64,000 nucleotides of DNA from an uncultured Lachnospiraceae bacterium (GTDB lineage: Bacteria > Bacillota > Clostridia > Lachnospirales > Lachnospiraceae): the NCBI GenBank assembly GCA_964571145.1, contig CAZNAP010000003.1, positions 732 to 64,731 on the forward strand, in the 5' to 3' direction. Below the pieces are notes generated by a model. It saw only the letters and a list, made by a program, of their open reading frames with translations, had not been told where the DNA came from and made no database searches. This document shows positions 39,453-48,525 of this stretch, piece by piece. Both the position numbers and the translations under genes were made by a program. Every line of letters begins with the position of its first letter. Position 1 is the stretch's first letter.

Positions 39453-40352
39453 TTATTCCATCTTATTCACTGTAAATACCATACCACTGATAGGGTAAAT
39501 CCACTCATTGTTAAGCGATATGTCATAAATACCGTTTTTATGTTCATGTGCCACTTCCACAGAGGATTCTTCTCCTTTGCTTAAGAAGGAAAACATCTCA
39601 ACATTCATAGTATCTTCGGGATAGCTTACTGATATTTTAGGCGCTTTTGTAGGATACACAATTGCTACTTCCAAAATGCTGTCCCAACGCTTTGGCATGT
39701 GGAAAATAATCCGCACGGTATGCTCTTGTACATCCAATTTATGTTGCGCATGCAATTTCACAATCATGGCATTTTCATTGATCACGACATCATGAATTTC
39801 GCCTGCAGAATTATCTATTTGCACATCTAATTTGAAAAGGCTGCGGAACTGTTCCAGCAATTCAGCTTTCTGTAAAGATAAGAAGTATTGAACATCCTCT
39901 TTCTTTAAATCCAAACTTTCCCGGAAAATACAGTTTTCCAATTCAGCATCTATTTTCTTATCTCTGAATGCATTATCAAGATTCTTATTGTCAAACACAA
40001 ATCCAATCGAAAAATCATTTCCAATTGCACCATTTGATTCTTCTGACAAATACTTTACTTTGTAAAACAATTTTTCCTGTACATAAAAATAATCATCACA
40101 ATTCGATAAAATATTGTAACCCTTGGGTAAATACATGCTTAATTCAAAGTCATAATTAAACTCTGTTCTGATTTTATAATTTACATCCGTAAATAAATAA
40201 TTCTTAATATTATCCTGAATCATTTCTGTTGCATCTTCATCTTTGACAATCGCAGCAACTGTGGATTGAATAAATCGTTTCTTTTGTTCCTCTGTAAACA
40301 AATCCAGTGTGTCAGGATTACTCATCAGTGTTTCCGTTATCTTTTGAGACAT
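39453..40352 (-). CDS. Hypothetical protein, probably 5'-truncated
   Basis: 299-aa ORF with no RBS; the frame continues upstream without a start codon (GIIPPLLIFDFFNEKLTKDSSALE) into the vanX-like gene. Confidence 0.55.
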   Translation of the reverse strand: MSQKITETLMSNPDTLDLFTEEQKKRFIQSTVAAIVKDEDATEMIQDNIKNYLFTDVNYKIRTEFNYDFELSMYLPKGYNILSNCDDYFYVQEKLFYKVKYLSEESNGAIGNDFSIGFVFDNKNLDNAFRDKKIDAELENCIFRESLDLKKEDVQYFLSLQKAELLEQFRSLFKLDVQIDNSAGEIHDVVINENAMIVKLHAQHKLDVQEHTVRIIFHMPKRWDSILEVAIVYPTKAPKISVSYPEDTMNVEMFSFLSKGEESSVEVAHEHKNGIYDISLNNEWIYPISGMVFTVNKME

Positions 40353-40395
40353 TTCCAGCGCAGAGGAATCTTTGGTTAATTTTTCATTGAAGAAA

Positions 40396-41022
40396 TCAAA
40401 AATCAGTAAAGGTGGAATAATGCCACCATTCAGATGGCAAATTCGTAAATCCCACTGATGTCATTGCCGAATATAAAATACGCCGATTTTGTTTGATGAT
40501 GTCCTCATCTGTCTCTTCATAAAAATCTGTATGGGTTGCCTGCGTAAAAGCGTCGAAAGCAGTTCCCATATTCAGTTCATTGCCATCTCGGTCAATTAGT
40601 GTAAGATCAATCGCCCCTCCTGTTGTATGCGCCGGAGGACAGATTGTATCTCTAACCGGTAATGCCACATATTTGGAAATTTCCCGTTTCTGCAGTTCTT
40701 CCGGCAAATCCGCTAATTGAAACTCTTTGATAATAATCTGTGCATAGAAATAAAACAATTCTTCCTGAAGAGCAAAGGGTCTCCATGCATCCCAAATTCG
40801 AAACCGAAGGCCAGTCGGTAATTGCTTCTGTGCCAGTAATAACAGGTCCCTCACTTCTTTCCGCAGCAGGCATTTCTTCTCCGCATTCTTCATGCCCAGT
40901 AACGGATATTGCATTTTGACACTAATCTCATTTCCGTCAATCAGCTCAACAAATGGAGAGGAAATAAAATTCCTCTTTTCGCATCGTTCCGGTTGTTCTA
41001 TTGCAGGGATGCTATATTCCAC
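40396..41022 (-). CDS. VanX-like D-Ala-D-Ala dipeptidase (peptidase M15), C-terminus probably truncated
   Basis: DAWRP, PAHTTGGAIDLT, MGTAFD and EWWHY motifs; ends only six residues after EWWHY. Confidence 0.75.
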   Translation of the reverse strand: MEYSIPAIEQPERCEKRNFISSPFVELIDGNEISVKMQYPLLGMKNAEKKCLLRKEVRDLLLLAQKQLPTGLRFRIWDAWRPFALQEELFYFYAQIIIKEFQLADLPEELQKREISKYVALPVRDTICPPAHTTGGAIDLTLIDRDGNELNMGTAFDAFTQATHTDFYEETDEDIIKQNRRILYSAMTSVGFTNLPSEWWHYSTFTDF

Positions 41023-42203
41023 TATGATTTCACTCCTTTTGTGCCCGAAAAAGATTGTTGACTCAAAATATTCGTATCAAAAGTAAATGTCAAATTCTGT
41101 TCCTCTCTGGATCGTTTCAGGGCAAGTTGAATCATTCTGTCCAGTAGCTCTTTGTAGGGAATTCCGATTGGTTCCCACAAATAAAAAGCCAGAGAGCCGG
41201 GAATTGTATTAATTTCATTAAAATACAGGTCTTGTGTGTCGTTATCCACCAAAAAGTCTATTCTCGAAACGCCGTTGCATCCAAGGCACTTAAATGCTTT
41301 CACTGCCAAATTTTGAACCTCGGTTCTCTTTTCATCCGATAATTCAGCTGGAATCTTTCTCGAAACACTGGCCATTCCTTTTGATTTGCCACCTTTGCCA
41401 TTTCCCAAATATTTGTCTTCATAACTCAGGATATCTTTTGTGTGTAACGGTTCTTCGCATTCAGAAGCAATTGCTTCATTTTCATTACCCAGTACTGCAC
41501 AGTTTATCTCTCGAAGATTGGTAATGGCATGTTCGATGATAATTTTCGATGCATAATTAAACGCATCATCAATTACCTGTGTTAACTCCACTTTGTCCTT
41601 TGCAATACCTATTCCTACGCTGGAGCCAAGATTAACAGGCTTGACAATCACCGGATATCCCAACTTATTTTCAGTTTTCTCAATCATCTTATCAATGTCA
41701 CTATAATCGGAAGTCGTAAAAGTCATGCCATCTAACACAGGAATGCCATTGTCTTTTAATACGGCCTTCATAATATATTTATCCATACCGATTGCAGATG
41801 CAGTCACATCACAGCCTACAAACGGAATACCAATTGTTTTTAAATATCCCTGTAGGGTTCCGTCTTCTGCATTTGTTCCATGCACAATAGGAAAAGCCAC
41901 ATCGATTGCAATACTCTTTTCCTTCTTAAATTTTTTGGCCGGATAGGGCACTAAATTTACGGCTCCATTTTCATTCACAAAAATCACGCGCTGTGATTTT
42001 TGAATTAAGGTGTCAATATTTTTATAGGCTTCTATTTCACCTATTTGTTCTCCGATATACATATCATTCTTTTTCGTAATATAGACCGGTATAATATGAT
42101 ACTTCTCTGTATCCATACTCATAATTGCCTGTATACCGGATATAATCGACACCTCATGCTCTACACTTTTTCCGCCAAACAATACCGCAACATTGATTTT
42201 CAT
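41022..42203 (-). CDS. ddl: D-alanine--D-alanine ligase family protein
   Basis: FGGKSVEHEVS, HGTNAEDG, KPVNLGSSVGI, SYEDKY and NEINTIPGSLAFYLW motifs; start MKINVAV has a GAGGAGA RBS. Confidence 0.85.
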   Translation of the reverse strand: MKINVAVLFGGKSVEHEVSIISGIQAIMSMDTEKYHIIPVYITKKNDMYIGEQIGEIEAYKNIDTLIQKSQRVIFVNENGAVNLVPYPAKKFKKEKSIAIDVAFPIVHGTNAEDGTLQGYLKTIGIPFVGCDVTASAIGMDKYIMKAVLKDNGIPVLDGMTFTTSDYSDIDKMIEKTENKLGYPVIVKPVNLGSSVGIGIAKDKVELTQVIDDAFNYASKIIIEHAITNLREINCAVLGNENEAIASECEEPLHTKDILSYEDKYLGNGKGGKSKGMASVSRKIPAELSDEKRTEVQNLAVKAFKCLGCNGVSRIDFLVDNDTQDLYFNEINTIPGSLAFYLWEPIGIPYKELLDRMIQLALKRSREEQNLTFTFDTNILSQQSFSGTKGVKS

Positions 42204-42217
42204 GCGCCAATCTCCTC

Positions 42218-43783
42218 TCAATAATTATCCGGAAGGTCATTTTCTAATAAAATATATTTATGTCCTTCTCCCTTAATTGCATAAGCGTATGTCATCGCAT
42301 CTTCCAGTCTTTCAAATACCTGACATTTGTCTTTGGAAAAGCCCTCATCCATAACGCCTTTCGCAATTGCTTCTGTATGTTTTCTTCCAATTAATAAAAT
42401 GTAATCGCAACAATTCGCTGCGTATTTACCAAACTCATAATTAAACTTTTCTTCTTCTGCGCCAAGCTCCACCATGCCCGGTGTAACAAGAATCTTGATT
42501 CCGTCAAACATTGCCAAAGTTTCCACAGCTGCTTTCGAACCCACCGGGTTTGAATTATAGGCATCATCAATAATGGTCACTGCACTGGATTGCCGCATCT
42601 GCATACGATGTTCCACCGGCTGTAAACGTCGAACAGGAACCTTTAACTCTGGTAACGAAATTCCCAGACTGTTAGCTACAGCAATTGCACAAGTAACATC
42701 GATTACATTATGTCCGCCAATCAAGCGCATCTGGAACTTCTGTGTTTCTCCCTTTGGTGTAACAATTGTGAACTCGGTTCCCACTTGAGAATAAGTGATG
42801 TCTTCTGCTCGATAGCCCTTTAAGTCCGTGCCTGTCTGGAAGAAAATCGGATTCTCATATTCATTGCTTTTTCCTCTGATATTCATATCATCACCATTGA
42901 GAAAAATAGTTCCATCTTTGGGCAATGCGTCTGCCAACTCGAACTTCGTCTTAATAATATGATCCAGTGAACCGAATGTTTGTAAATGCTGTGGACCAAT
43001 GGAGGTAATCACGCCATACATAGGATGAACAATATCGCAGATTTCTTTGATATCTCCTACATATCGAGCGCCCATTTCACATATAAAGTACTCATGCGTC
43101 GGCTTTAGAGATTCCCTGATTGTCTTCACAATACCCATTGGCGTATTATAGCTTTCAGGCGTAATTAAGACATCATATTTACTTTGTAACAACGTATAAA
43201 GGAAATACTTAACACTTGTTTTACCATAGCTTCCGGTAATTCCGATTATTTTTAAGTCTTGAACCGCTTTTAATTTTCTCTTGGCATCATTAATAAAATG
43301 CTGATTAACCCCTTTTTCTATGGGTTTATTAAGTAGATTGGAAAAGAGGATTAGGCAAGGCTGTAAGAACAGCAGAACACAAAAATAATGCCAAGCTCTA
43401 TCTACTGATAAGCACCAACACAGTAGCGCCAACCCGATTATCATCAGCAATGTCTGTGTGCAAATGAGTCGCTTAACACGATTTGTAAAAACCAGTTTCT
43501 TTTTGTTTTTAGACTTTTTCAGAAATCGATAGAATAATAGCATCAAAAGTAAAACAACGTACAATACAACATCTGTTAACCAAAAATCAATCACTGCTGC
43601 CAAGATTCCAACAAATAGTAATACAAGCAGAATACTTTGATTTCTCCAGTTTTTCTTCAACCAGCTGATTTGTTCGTTGTTCTTATAGCCATTCAGTTGA
43701 AACATATGCAAATTGTATCTTAAAATCAATAAATATGCCGAAAATTCTAGTATAAATCCGATTATACTAAAAAGATTACTCAT
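42218..43783 (-). CDS. murF: MurF-like ligase with N-terminal transmembrane extension
   Basis: GITGSYGKTS, EMGA, DDAYNSNP and ENDLPDNY motifs; ~150-aa hydrophobic N-terminus. Confidence 0.8.
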   Translation of the reverse strand: MSNLFSIIGFILEFSAYLLILRYNLHMFQLNGYKNNEQISWLKKNWRNQSILLVLLFVGILAAVIDFWLTDVVLYVVLLLMLLFYRFLKKSKNKKKLVFTNRVKRLICTQTLLMIIGLALLCWCLSVDRAWHYFCVLLFLQPCLILFSNLLNKPIEKGVNQHFINDAKRKLKAVQDLKIIGITGSYGKTSVKYFLYTLLQSKYDVLITPESYNTPMGIVKTIRESLKPTHEYFICEMGARYVGDIKEICDIVHPMYGVITSIGPQHLQTFGSLDHIIKTKFELADALPKDGTIFLNGDDMNIRGKSNEYENPIFFQTGTDLKGYRAEDITYSQVGTEFTIVTPKGETQKFQMRLIGGHNVIDVTCAIAVANSLGISLPELKVPVRRLQPVEHRMQMRQSSAVTIIDDAYNSNPVGSKAAVETLAMFDGIKILVTPGMVELGAEEEKFNYEFGKYAANCCDYILLIGRKHTEAIAKGVMDEGFSKDKCQVFERLEDAMTYAYAIKGEGHKYILLENDLPDNY

Positions 43784-43787
43784 CTGC

Positions 43788-44564
43788 TTATTCTCCTATT
43801 TTATAATATGATTGAAGTATGCGTCTGAAAAGATCCGGTTTCTCCACGAAACAAAAATGTCCGGCTCCATGAATCACTGCCAACCCGGAGGAAGGAATCA
43901 GCTTTTCCATTAACTGCCCATCTGCAAGCGGAGTGGCTGTATCCAGATCGCCCCACACCAATAGCGTATCCTCTTTAATCTGTGGCAAAAGAGATGTCAA
44001 ATCTTCATTGACCGCTTTTACAAGGCATTGCCGCATAATGGGGGTTGCATTACGATAATCTTCGGAACCCTGACTGTTTCTCCACTGATCAATTACATCC
44101 GGACATAATTTATAAATAAAATTAATACTGACCAATTTTTTTACAAATTTGTAACCTCGTATTTTCAGTTTTTGCTTAAAGGACTTTTTAGGCAAAATGC
44201 CTGCCGCATCTACCAAAACAATATTGCTGATTGTAAAGGGCAAATCCTCTTTAGCAGCAAGCCTAATAATAACACGGCCGCCATATGAATGTCCAATCAG
44301 TGAGGTCTCTTCAATTTTAAGTATTTTAAAAAACTTAATCATAAATTGTGCATAGTCTTCCACATCCCATGCACACTGAGGTTCATCACTGTTACCAAAT
44401 CCCGGAAAATCCAATTGGATAACCCGATATTCACTATTGATACAATCTGCAACGGAATCATAAAGAGACATTTCTGTTCCCCAGCCCTGCAGAATTGTTG
44501 CCGTTTTTGTTCCATTTCCACTTACCTTATAATGAATTTTATATCCATCAATGACTATTTCCAT
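43788..44564 (-). CDS. Alpha/beta fold hydrolase
   Basis: QGWG, DFPGFG, GHSYGG nucleophile elbow, WGDLD and GAGHF motifs. Confidence 0.85.
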   Translation of the reverse strand: MEIVIDGYKIHYKVSGNGTKTATILQGWGTEMSLYDSVADCINSEYRVIQLDFPGFGNSDEPQCAWDVEDYAQFMIKFFKILKIEETSLIGHSYGGRVIIRLAAKEDLPFTISNIVLVDAAGILPKKSFKQKLKIRGYKFVKKLVSINFIYKLCPDVIDQWRNSQGSEDYRNATPIMRQCLVKAVNEDLTSLLPQIKEDTLLVWGDLDTATPLADGQLMEKLIPSSGLAVIHGAGHFCFVEKPDLFRRILQSYYKIGE

Positions 44565-44668
44565 GTTCCTGTCCTTCCAAACATTTTCTCTTCTCTCACT
44601 TTACTGCGCGGCCGCCAATTTCAAAAGAGAGTATGATGCCTCTCGTCTTGCAAAAAGTGCTGTTTGTT

Positions 44669-44684
44669 TAGCCACTCGGTGCTA
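44669..44684. repeat. REP-like palindrome copy
   Basis: TAGCCACTCGGTGCTA, overlapping the stop codon of the GH9-like gene. Confidence 0.55.
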
Positions 44685-46229
44685 ATCACATAAAATCTCG
44701 CTTAGCATGAAAATAAGCTTACTGTCTTCTTCAAATTGTTTCATCAGCCCCAGATTCTCATCGATATCCTTATAATTCTTGGATCCAACCTGATCTATAT
44801 AACAAATCGATTTCCGATTTTCTCCCATAAAATAATGCAGATGATTCATAATAATGGTTTTGTATTCATGATTGGAAATGATTTGGTTCACCATAGTCAA
44901 AACCATCATATTTTGCAGTAACTCGTCATTATTGTCCTGTTCTGCATTGCCTTCTGTGAAACACCATGAATCACGTGCCTGTGCTGATATATCTTCGGCT
45001 CTTTGCATTAATTGTTTGGTGATTTTATTGCATAATTCCACGTTCACCGGCTGTTTGGTGGAAATGTACGCAACACTGCCGATAAATACGGTTACATCCT
45101 GTATATCATTCTCCTTTTCCTGTAAAAGATACTCGCTGATATAGGGTCGATAAGACTGTTGTCCCGATGCTCTGTAGAGTTCTGTTGCTGCTGCAAATTT
45201 CCAGGCATCTATAGTTTGGGCATCATTTAGCTGGGCATACTTCCAGGCTCTGTCTCCAGCCTTTAGACAATTCGTCGCGTACTCTGTATCGTAACTCTGG
45301 TATAAATAACTGAATTTGGCCATGGCCATTGCATAGGCCCTGGATGCTTCCATAGTCACCGGTTCCACATAGGCAACGCTTTTGCCTGATTCCTGCCCAT
45401 AATAGGTAACGCCTGCATACACTGCGCCGGAAGAAACATCCTGCATTTTAATCAGCCATTCAATCTCATAGCGAATTTCATCCAAAATGTCCGGTATACC
45501 ATTTCCGCTTTCCGGAATGCCCATATCATCTGTAAAAACTTCACTGTGTAATTCATAGGCCAAGAGCATAATTCCAATATTTTTAGCCGATAATGCCACA
45601 TCCTTGGAACCCTTCTCATTCTGATGCCAACCCCCACTTACATCCAGACTGATCGTAACATCCTCACGTAGCACCACCTTGGCTGTATGACAGGCATTAT
45701 GCGCCTTTGCGCCTGCAAACTCTTCCGTCAGTGTTATGCCGCATCTGTTATAGTAATACTGTTTAACAGCTTCCTGAAAAATATCCTGATAAATATCTTC
45801 TTTTATTTCAAAAGAGTAAGAATGTCCAAGATAGGGGGCTTCTATGTAGTAAGTGCCGGGTGTCACCAATTCGGAGAAATCTCCATAACCATTGTATTCT
45901 TTGGTGCTTGGATTATATCCCACATCCTCTTGCATTCCGGAGAAAGCAATTTCGCCTGTATCTACATTAATTACCTGAAAAGCACGTGGCATTTGATCTT
46001 CCTGTTCGCCACAAAAAACAGCTGTCTTTTTACCATTTGGTAAATATCCTAGCTGGTTAATGATTATATTGGGAGAACTCACCGGCACCTCATAACTGAG
46101 CACCGGTTCTTCCTCCATACTGGTAATTACATTTTCCGTTTGTGTCGGCCCAACTTCGGTGGACACAGAACCGCAGCCTGCTAATCCTAAAACCAAAAGC
46201 AGTATAATCGCCTTTTTATCTCTATGCAA
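44682..46229 (-). CDS. GH9-like lipoprotein (Ig-like + alpha/alpha barrel) with degenerate catalytic motifs
   Basis: Lipobox LAGC, INQLGY, DFSELVTPGTYYI, DVSGGWH, PESGNGIPDILDEIRYEIEWL and AATELY motifs. Confidence 0.75.
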   Translation of the reverse strand: MHRDKKAIILLLVLGLAGCGSVSTEVGPTQTENVITSMEEEPVLSYEVPVSSPNIIINQLGYLPNGKKTAVFCGEQEDQMPRAFQVINVDTGEIAFSGMQEDVGYNPSTKEYNGYGDFSELVTPGTYYIEAPYLGHSYSFEIKEDIYQDIFQEAVKQYYYNRCGITLTEEFAGAKAHNACHTAKVVLREDVTISLDVSGGWHQNEKGSKDVALSAKNIGIMLLAYELHSEVFTDDMGIPESGNGIPDILDEIRYEIEWLIKMQDVSSGAVYAGVTYYGQESGKSVAYVEPVTMEASRAYAMAMAKFSYLYQSYDTEYATNCLKAGDRAWKYAQLNDAQTIDAWKFAAATELYRASGQQSYRPYISEYLLQEKENDIQDVTVFIGSVAYISTKQPVNVELCNKITKQLMQRAEDISAQARDSWCFTEGNAEQDNNDELLQNMMVLTMVNQIISNHEYKTIIMNHLHYFMGENRKSICYIDQVGSKNYKDIDENLGLMKQFEEDSKLIFMLSEILCD

Positions 46230-46257
46230 GGAAATGCCTCCTGAAAAACCATAGATT

Positions 46258-46269
46258 TAGTCACTCGGT
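46258..46269. repeat. Partial REP-like copy
   Basis: TAGTCACTCGGT, intergenic. Confidence 0.5.
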
Positions 46270-46292
46270 TTTCACCCAAGCAACTGGCTCTA

Positions 46293-47489
46293 TTATAGCA
46301 TAATGCCTGACGATATGCTACCAAAGGACTCGACTGCATAGACAATTTTGCCTTCAATAATGGTACACAATGCTTTCGTTTCTATTTTCAATGGGGAATC
46401 CGTAAAAATAGCTATATCGGCATCTTTTCCAGGTTCCAATGAACCTACACGATCAAAGACTCTGCAAATTTCTGCGGGGTAACGCGTAATAGCAAGCAGT
46501 GCTTCCTCTTCTTTCATTCCTGATTTCATAGCCAGGCCTGCACAAATAGGAAGGGATTGAATCAGCGAAACCGGATGGTCTGTTGTAATAGCAGTCTTCA
46601 CGCCCTCGGCATTCAAAATACCCACTGTTTTAAAAGCCATATTCTGCACTTCAATTTTGCTTCTGCTTGCCAAATCCGGTCCGATAATACAGGGGTAACC
46701 AGCTTCCCGTACCTGTTCTTTAATTAAATGCCCTTCACTGCAATGATCCAATGTCATATCCAAATCAAATTCCTTGGCAATTCGAATTGCCGTTTGAATA
46801 TCATCTGCACGGTGAACGTGTGCCTTTAATGGAATGTTCTTTTCGAAAACCGGAAGCCAGCATTCATAGCGAAAGTCTTCATCCTCCGGGTTCATGCCTG
46901 CACGTTTCTTATGGTAATATTGCCTCGCTTTAAATAACTCCTCTCGAAGCATAGCCGCTATTGCCATACGGGTTGATGGGGATTTGCCCTGTCCCGAGTA
47001 ATTCACCTTGGGATTTTCTCCAAATGCAATTTTCATCGCAGCAGGTGCCAAAACAACCATGTCGTCTATGGTTCTTCCGCAGGTTTTAATAAAGGAGAAT
47101 GTGCCACCAACTACATTTGCACTGCCCGGTCCAATCATGGCGGAGGTGATGCCCGCCCGCAACGCATCGTCAAAAGCCGCATCCATAGGATTAATGGCAT
47201 CAATCGAACGAAGCTGCGGCGTAATCGGATCCACTGTTTCATTGCAATCATCTCCCTCCATCCCCTTCTTTTCCTCTGTAATGCCCATATGGCAATGGGC
47301 TTCTATAAGACCAGGCATGACAAGTGCACCTAAAGCACTGATTACCTGGGCATCCTTGGGCAAAGGAAAAGGGGCTCCTTCGTGCATCGGCCCCAAATCC
47401 ATTATTTTACCATTATCAATGCAAATATATCCCTTTTTCCAAACAGAACCGGCCATAGTCATGACCTTACCACCAATTATATAAAGCAT
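46293..47489 (-). CDS. Metal-dependent amidohydrolase family protein
   Basis: PGLIEAHCH, GENPK, HVHRADD, TTDHP and GKDAD motifs. Confidence 0.85.
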   Translation of the reverse strand: MLYIIGGKVMTMAGSVWKKGYICIDNGKIMDLGPMHEGAPFPLPKDAQVISALGALVMPGLIEAHCHMGITEEKKGMEGDDCNETVDPITPQLRSIDAINPMDAAFDDALRAGITSAMIGPGSANVVGGTFSFIKTCGRTIDDMVVLAPAAMKIAFGENPKVNYSGQGKSPSTRMAIAAMLREELFKARQYYHKKRAGMNPEDEDFRYECWLPVFEKNIPLKAHVHRADDIQTAIRIAKEFDLDMTLDHCSEGHLIKEQVREAGYPCIIGPDLASRSKIEVQNMAFKTVGILNAEGVKTAITTDHPVSLIQSLPICAGLAMKSGMKEEEALLAITRYPAEICRVFDRVGSLEPGKDADIAIFTDSPLKIETKALCTIIEGKIVYAVESFGSISSGIML

Positions 47490-47512
47490 GTTTACTGCCT
47501 CGCTTCCTTGTA

Positions 47513-48442
47513 TTAACCTAATTTGGTCATAGGATTCACAGGTGTGCCGTCCTTCGTCAATTTAAAATAGACATTGGTACCTTCCACACTGTAATATTTC
47601 GTGGGTGCTGCCACTTCGGCAATCACATCACCCATAGCCACGAAGCTGCCTTCGGATACCAAAATATTGGTCAACTGCCCATAGGTAATCTCATAACCGC
47701 TTCCCAACTCCATAGTCACTGCATTGCCCAACTGGGGATCTGAATAAACACTGGTTACTTTGCCTGCCGCAGCAGCTGTAATCAAGTCACCCTCTGCTGC
47801 CTCAATGATAATAGCCGGATTGTACTTATATTGCTGTAAAGTAGGAAAATATACGGTTTTGTCCATACTATAATTCACTAACACATTACCTACAATGGGC
47901 CAAACCAGTGTATCTTCATCGGTAAAGTTAAGTGCAGGTTGCATAGCAGTAGAAATATCCTGCGCATCAACTGCCTCACTGGCGATCGTTTCCTGTGCTG
48001 CGTCATCAGTCCCTGCATGATCATCAGAATGAGAATCACTTCCTGACTGTTCATCACTTCCTGACTGTGCTGATTCATTGCCACTATTATCTGATTTGTT
48101 CTTTTCCGCTCCATCTGACATACTGTCACTGCCGGACTGATCCGGATTTTCTATCTTTAAGGAATTTGTTTCCTGAAAATAGGGATCATAATCCAAATCA
48201 TCAGCTGTTGCTGCATTACGTGTCATATTTTCTGCCAGCGGCAGTTCACTGCCATTCACGATACCTGTTGCCGCATTATTTTCTATTGCACTTAAATCCA
48301 CTACATAATCCTCTTCCTTGGAAGTTGATCCCTGTCCCAGCCACAAACCGGTGGCTGTTAGCGATACCAAAACCAACGCCGATGAAGCGATCATTACAAA
48401 CCTTTCCTTGGAAAAACTTTTTCTTCTTCCTCTTCTTGTCAT
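47513..48442 (-). CDS. spoIIQ: SpoIIQ-like M23 (LytM) domain protein
   Basis: N-terminal TM, acidic linker, YSMDKTVYFPTL and a degenerate M23 domain lacking His ligands; directly downstream of the spoIID-like gene. Confidence 0.6.
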   Translation of the reverse strand: MTRRGRRKSFSKERFVMIASSALVLVSLTATGLWLGQGSTSKEEDYVVDLSAIENNAATGIVNGSELPLAENMTRNAATADDLDYDPYFQETNSLKIENPDQSGSDSMSDGAEKNKSDNSGNESAQSGSDEQSGSDSHSDDHAGTDDAAQETIASEAVDAQDISTAMQPALNFTDEDTLVWPIVGNVLVNYSMDKTVYFPTLQQYKYNPAIIIEAAEGDLITAAAAGKVTSVYSDPQLGNAVTMELGSGYEITYGQLTNILVSEGSFVAMGDVIAEVAAPTKYYSVEGTNVYFKLTKDGTPVNPMTKLG

Positions 48443-48525
48443 ATTTATACCAACCCTTTCCATTTATATCGTAAGACTGCTTACAATACTTTCTTTATTG
48501 GTTAGTTTTTCCCTTTTTTACTTCT

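Noticed and set aside
40396-42203. Acquired vancomycin resistance (van) cluster
   Set aside because: No vanH/vanT/vanY/vanRS and no mobile element; the ligase has a Tyr-containing SYEDKY loop typical of D-Ala-D-Ala ligases.
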